DNA of 64,000 bases from Malacoraja senta (taxonomy: Eukaryota). Shown one piece after another: positions 59,901 to 64,000 of the stretch. Below the pieces are notes generated by a model. It was given only the letters and a program-made list of their open reading frames with translations. It did no database searches and was not told where the DNA came from. The DNA lies in assembly GCA_038087875.1 (NCBI GenBank), contig CM075993.1, positions 4,280,001 through 4,344,000 on the forward strand, given 5' to 3'. Position numbers and translations under genes: made by a program. Every line of letters begins with the position of its first letter. Within the stretch, counting starts at the first letter, position 1.

Positions 59901-60997
59901 AGATGAGGAAGACTTCCTTCTACGCCCCCCAAACCATGAGCTTCACCTCTCTACGGAGCACCTCTTATTTCCAAAGCAGGCAATATTTCTAACGGAAGGT
60001 TGCAACCTTTATTGCTATCGAAGATAGACACAAAAAGCTGAAGTGGCAGGACAGGCAGCATCTCTGGATAGAAGGAATGGGTGGCTTTTCGGGTCGAGAC
60101 CCTTCTTCAGACTGAGCGTCAGGGTAGAGGGAGTTACAGAGATAAGGAAGAGTAAGAGATCAAAAGAGATGCAGATCAAGGAAAATGTAGAATAGACCAT
60201 TGTTAGCTAGGAGAAGGTGTCAACAGAGCAGACAGAGATACAGGGTAGACAAAAATGCTGGAGAAACTCAGCGGGTGAGGCAGCATTTATGGAGCGATGG
60301 AAATAGGCGACGTTTCGGGTGTGTGGATTCGATGTGTGGAGATCGCTGGTCGGCATGGACCCGGTGGGCCAAAGGGCCTGTTTCCGCACTGTATGTCTAA
60401 ACTAGACTAAGTGTTAGAGGTAGACGAAAATGCTGGAGAAACTCAGCGGGTGAGGCGGCATCTATGGAGTGAAGGAAATAGGCGACGTTTCGGGTCTTCC
60501 CGAAACGTTGCCTATTTCCTTCGCTCCATAGATGCTGCTTCACCCGCTGAGTTTCTCCAGCATTTTTGTCTACCTTCGATTTTCCAGCATCTGCAGTTCC
60601 TTCTTAGACAGAGATACAATGTAATCAGAAGGACAGTCAGACTTGTCGGAGAACTGGGAAGGGGGGGGGGGGGTAAACGGGGAAGGGCTATTACTGCCAC
60701 ATGTTATTCTCTTTGATTGGGCCTCTGCAACGAGCCTTTCATCTCTCCGATAGAGTTTGATTCTAAGAGGCTGTTGTCTGATGTGAAAGACAACAGCCTC
60801 TTGATTGCAAGAGACTGTTCCTCTTTAGAAATGCTTTTGATTGGACACAGCACAGTGCAATCAGTAACTCACCGCAGAAGCATTTTCCATCTCCGCGCAT
60901 AAAGCAATGAGCATCTTGTCAATTATTTTGCAACCGCTCTCTCTGGATCAAGTTTCGATGATCTATATTCTACTTTTATCCCCCAACTCCTTTCTAG

Positions 60998-61415
60998 TAT
61001 TGATGCCCGGCACATGTACGGCACAGTGGGCCTGTCGTTCAGTGGCAAGCCAGTCCAAGCAGCATCTATTCTCCTCGACGAAGACGTGGTGACGCCCGAG
61101 AGCGTCGAAGCTGCGATGAAGCGCCTCAAGGCGGCCAACATTCCTGAGCACAACACGGTGGGCTTCATGTGCGCCTGCATCGGCCGGGGTCAGAACTACT
61201 ATTCCATGGTGGAGAACGTGGAAGCAGACGCCTTCAGGAAGCAATTCCCAAACATTCCCCTCTTCGGCTTTTTTGGGAATGGAGAAATTGGCTGCGATCG
61301 TATCGTGACTGAAAACTTCTCACTGAGGGAATGCAGCTCCTCTCTAGAATACGATGAGTTAATTCATAGTTACACTACAGTGATGATGCTTCTTCACCTT
61401 GGGCCACTTAAATAA
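60998..61415 (+). CDS. FBXO22: FBXO22 exon 7, FIST C-terminal domain to stop
   Basis: [10 protein letters not shown] and [12 protein letters not shown] motifs; tttctag| acceptor; TAA ends 61415; seven exons total 1212 nt = 403 aa + stop. Confidence 0.95.
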
Positions 61416-61670
61416 TTGAAGCCGTCACGAGGCTCGCCAAGGATTGATGATTGCCCAAGGACACAAGCAAATTCAGGGTCTCTCTTTATGCCTCATACTC
61501 CCGTGGCAGTGATATAAATTGCTCAGACCAAGAACATCTCCAAAGTTGGCCTAAAGTGTAATCGTTTAGTAATCTCTAAAATAATCTGTTAAAACATTGT
61601 TCCTCAACTCGACTTTCTCAATTCAATCAATTGTACAGTTTTTGGTGATTTTGTTTGTCATCGTTAATAC

Positions 61671-61676
61671 AATAAA
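61671..61676 (+). terminator. FBXO22: Probable FBXO22 polyadenylation signal
   Basis: AATAAA about 255 nt after the stop. Confidence 0.6.
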
Positions 61677-63743
61677 TGTTAGGCTAATCATGGTTAAATA
61701 ATCCAATAATCGTTTTATGACCTCTCTGAATGAAATCAATGCAAAGGAGCTGTGGGACATGAGATGGGAAAGACATTTTAACGTTGGAAAATGACGATCA
61801 GTGGAGTCTTGGCTGTATCGCCAAGTTGCCCTGGTCCGTTTGGTGTCAGTAAGGCTTCAGTCAACCGAAACTGGGCACAGTAGTGAAATACGTTAGAACC
61901 ATGGTTTAATACTGACCATGGATGCTCAGTGCATGCAGTTTGCACATTCTGTGCCCTGACACCCATGTACATCCATAGAACCATACAGAGTGGAAACAGG
62001 CCCTTCGGCCCAACTTGCCCTGCCACGTCTATACTAGTCTGCCTGCATTTGGCCCTTGTCCCTCTAAACACACGGAGAGCAGCTGAAGGTTCTCCTCAAG
62101 GGTCCAAGGCTGTGGCAGAGGCTGTGGTAGACATAAAATGCTGGAGAAACTCAGCGGGTGAGGCAGCATCTATGGAGAGAAGGAATTGTCCTGTGTGTCG
62201 GTCGTGACTGGGGTGGGGGAAGAGTGATCCACAGGTGGTCCTGATCTGAGGAGCACGGGGGGGGGGGGAGGAGGAGGTGAAGTGGGGGTGCAGTTTTGAG
62301 TGGTGAGGAAATCAAGAGGGGTAGGGTTCAGCGGGAAGTAGGGCGAAGACTGGAAACTGGGGCACAGGTAGAGAAACTGAGGGAGAAACTAATTAAAAAA
62401 GGAATTGGGGTAAAGGATGTGAGGATGGGGAACAAAGGAAAAGCCAGAGGCCAAGACTGTCTGTCTGTCTGCAGAATGACACAAAATGCTGGAAAAACTC
62501 GGCAGGTCAGGCAGATGATGGAGCACATGAATAGGTGATTTTTTTTTGTTGGATTTTTTAAATTTTAAAATAGGTGCAGGAGGAGGCCATTTGGCCCTTC
62601 GAGCCAGCACCGCCATTCATTGTGATCATGGCTGATCATCCACAATCAGTACCCCGTTCCTGCCTTCTCCCCATATCCCTTGATTCCGCTAGCCCCTAGA
62701 GCTCTATCTAACTCTTTTTTAAATTCATCCAGTGAATTGGCCTCTACTGCCTTCTGTGGCAGAGAATTCCACAAATTCATGACTTTTCAGGATGGGAGCC
62801 ATCTTCAAGAGAGAGTTAGATTTAGCTCTTGGGGCAAAGGGAATCAAGGGATATGGGGAAAAAGCTGGAACGGGTTACTGATTTTGGATGATCATATTGA
62901 ATGGCGGTGCTGTCTCGAAGGGCCGAATGGCCTACTCCTGCACCTATTTTCTATGTTTCTATGTTTCAGACTGATGTCTGTCTACACCCATGTATGTGGT
63001 CAGAGTGCATCAGTATGTGCTTGGCATGTGTGTATCCATGCAGGTGTGTGCTAAGACGGGTTGCCCATCATCTTGGAAACATAGGCGCAAAATGCTGGAG
63101 TAACTCAGCGGGACAGGCAGCATCTCTGGAGAGAAGGAATGGGTGACGTTTCGGGTCGAGACCCTTCAGGCCATCGGTCTGAAGATGGGCCTCGACCGGA
63201 AATGTCACCCATTCCTTCTCTCCAGAGATGCTGCCTGTCCCGCTGGGTCACGCCAGCATTTTGTGTCCATCTTCGATGTAAACCAGCATCTGCAGTTCCT
63301 TCCTACACACCTTGGAAACGTACATCCCTCTCCCTCCCAAGACCGCAGCGCACTCTGTGTTAAAAGGAATCGCAAAGGAGAATCTTCCACGCCACAGAAC
63401 TGGAGAGGAATCGACTGTTTGCCCTGCCATCCCCTGTACAATCTGGTCCTTGTGTGAGCAGGTGGCAGTGTGCTGTCATGGGTTAACTACTGCGTTTGTG
63501 CAGGTGTGACCACTTGGTTGTTGCACGAGGGATCAATTATCTGAATTGGAAGAACTTTTGTTCCTGTAATTAAAGTTTCTAATTATATTCATTAAATTTC
63601 TTTTATAACTGAAAGATCTAAAATAAATGCATGCAAACTGACAATTTATCGCTGCCTTTTCTCGCTGTATAAAATTGCATACTGGTGTTAACACAAGAAT
63701 ATGATTATTTCCCAAAAATAAGAAAATAGATTCACAGTGGATT

Positions 63744-64000
63744 CACTTCTCCGTGGATTGTCACCTTGTCGTGGTGGAGAAGCTTGTGTGGTCCTGAGAT
63801 CCTGAGAGCGATGCCGTCTGGAGCTATGCTCCTGGTAGGGTCACCCATGGCGGTACCCATGACAAAGAGCAATCCAACCAAGACCTCAACGGTGGAACAG
63901 GCGGAGGACGATGGCTGACCTTACAACGGCTGGGAAGGCGGTTGAAGGCTGCAGCAGAAAAGGTTCTCCGGTAGTCTTGGACTCCATGCCACTGGATCCT
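63744..64000 (+). mobile_element. RTE-clade (Expander/Rex3-like) 5' end or RTE-derived SINE, runs off the window
   Basis: CACCTTGTCGTGGTGGAG...GAGCTATGCTCCTGGTAGGGTCACCCATGG resembles RTE 5' UTRs as recalled; no ORF visible. Confidence 0.5.

Overview
Eukaryotic vertebrate genomic DNA, most likely from a cartilaginous fish (skate/ray-type SINE, CR1 and Penelope repeat content; the species is an inference). Three genes are supported by splice sites and translation. (1) ULK3 on + (CDS 2572..19952): coding exons 1-6 and the last three exons are present, while the middle exons (end of kinase domain, most of the MIT domains) are absent and probably lie in the 200-N gap at 13127..13326. (2) An intronless GAS1-like GPI-anchored gene on - (33464..32698), broken by two +1 homopolymer indels. 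(3) A complete 7-exon FBXO22 on + (40515..61415, 403 aa). Most of the rest is repeats. Most notable: a probable GAS1 paralogue in the ULK3-FBXO22 neighbourhood; dozens of Penelope-derived termini with minimal hammerhead-ribozyme cores; a 5'-inverted (twin-primed) L1 with a 15-bp TSD; a DNA transposon nested in a copy of itself; and an FBXO22 intron-1 minisatellite made of about 29 RFX-type half-sites. Gene and repeat-family names come from recognition of sequence, not from database searches.
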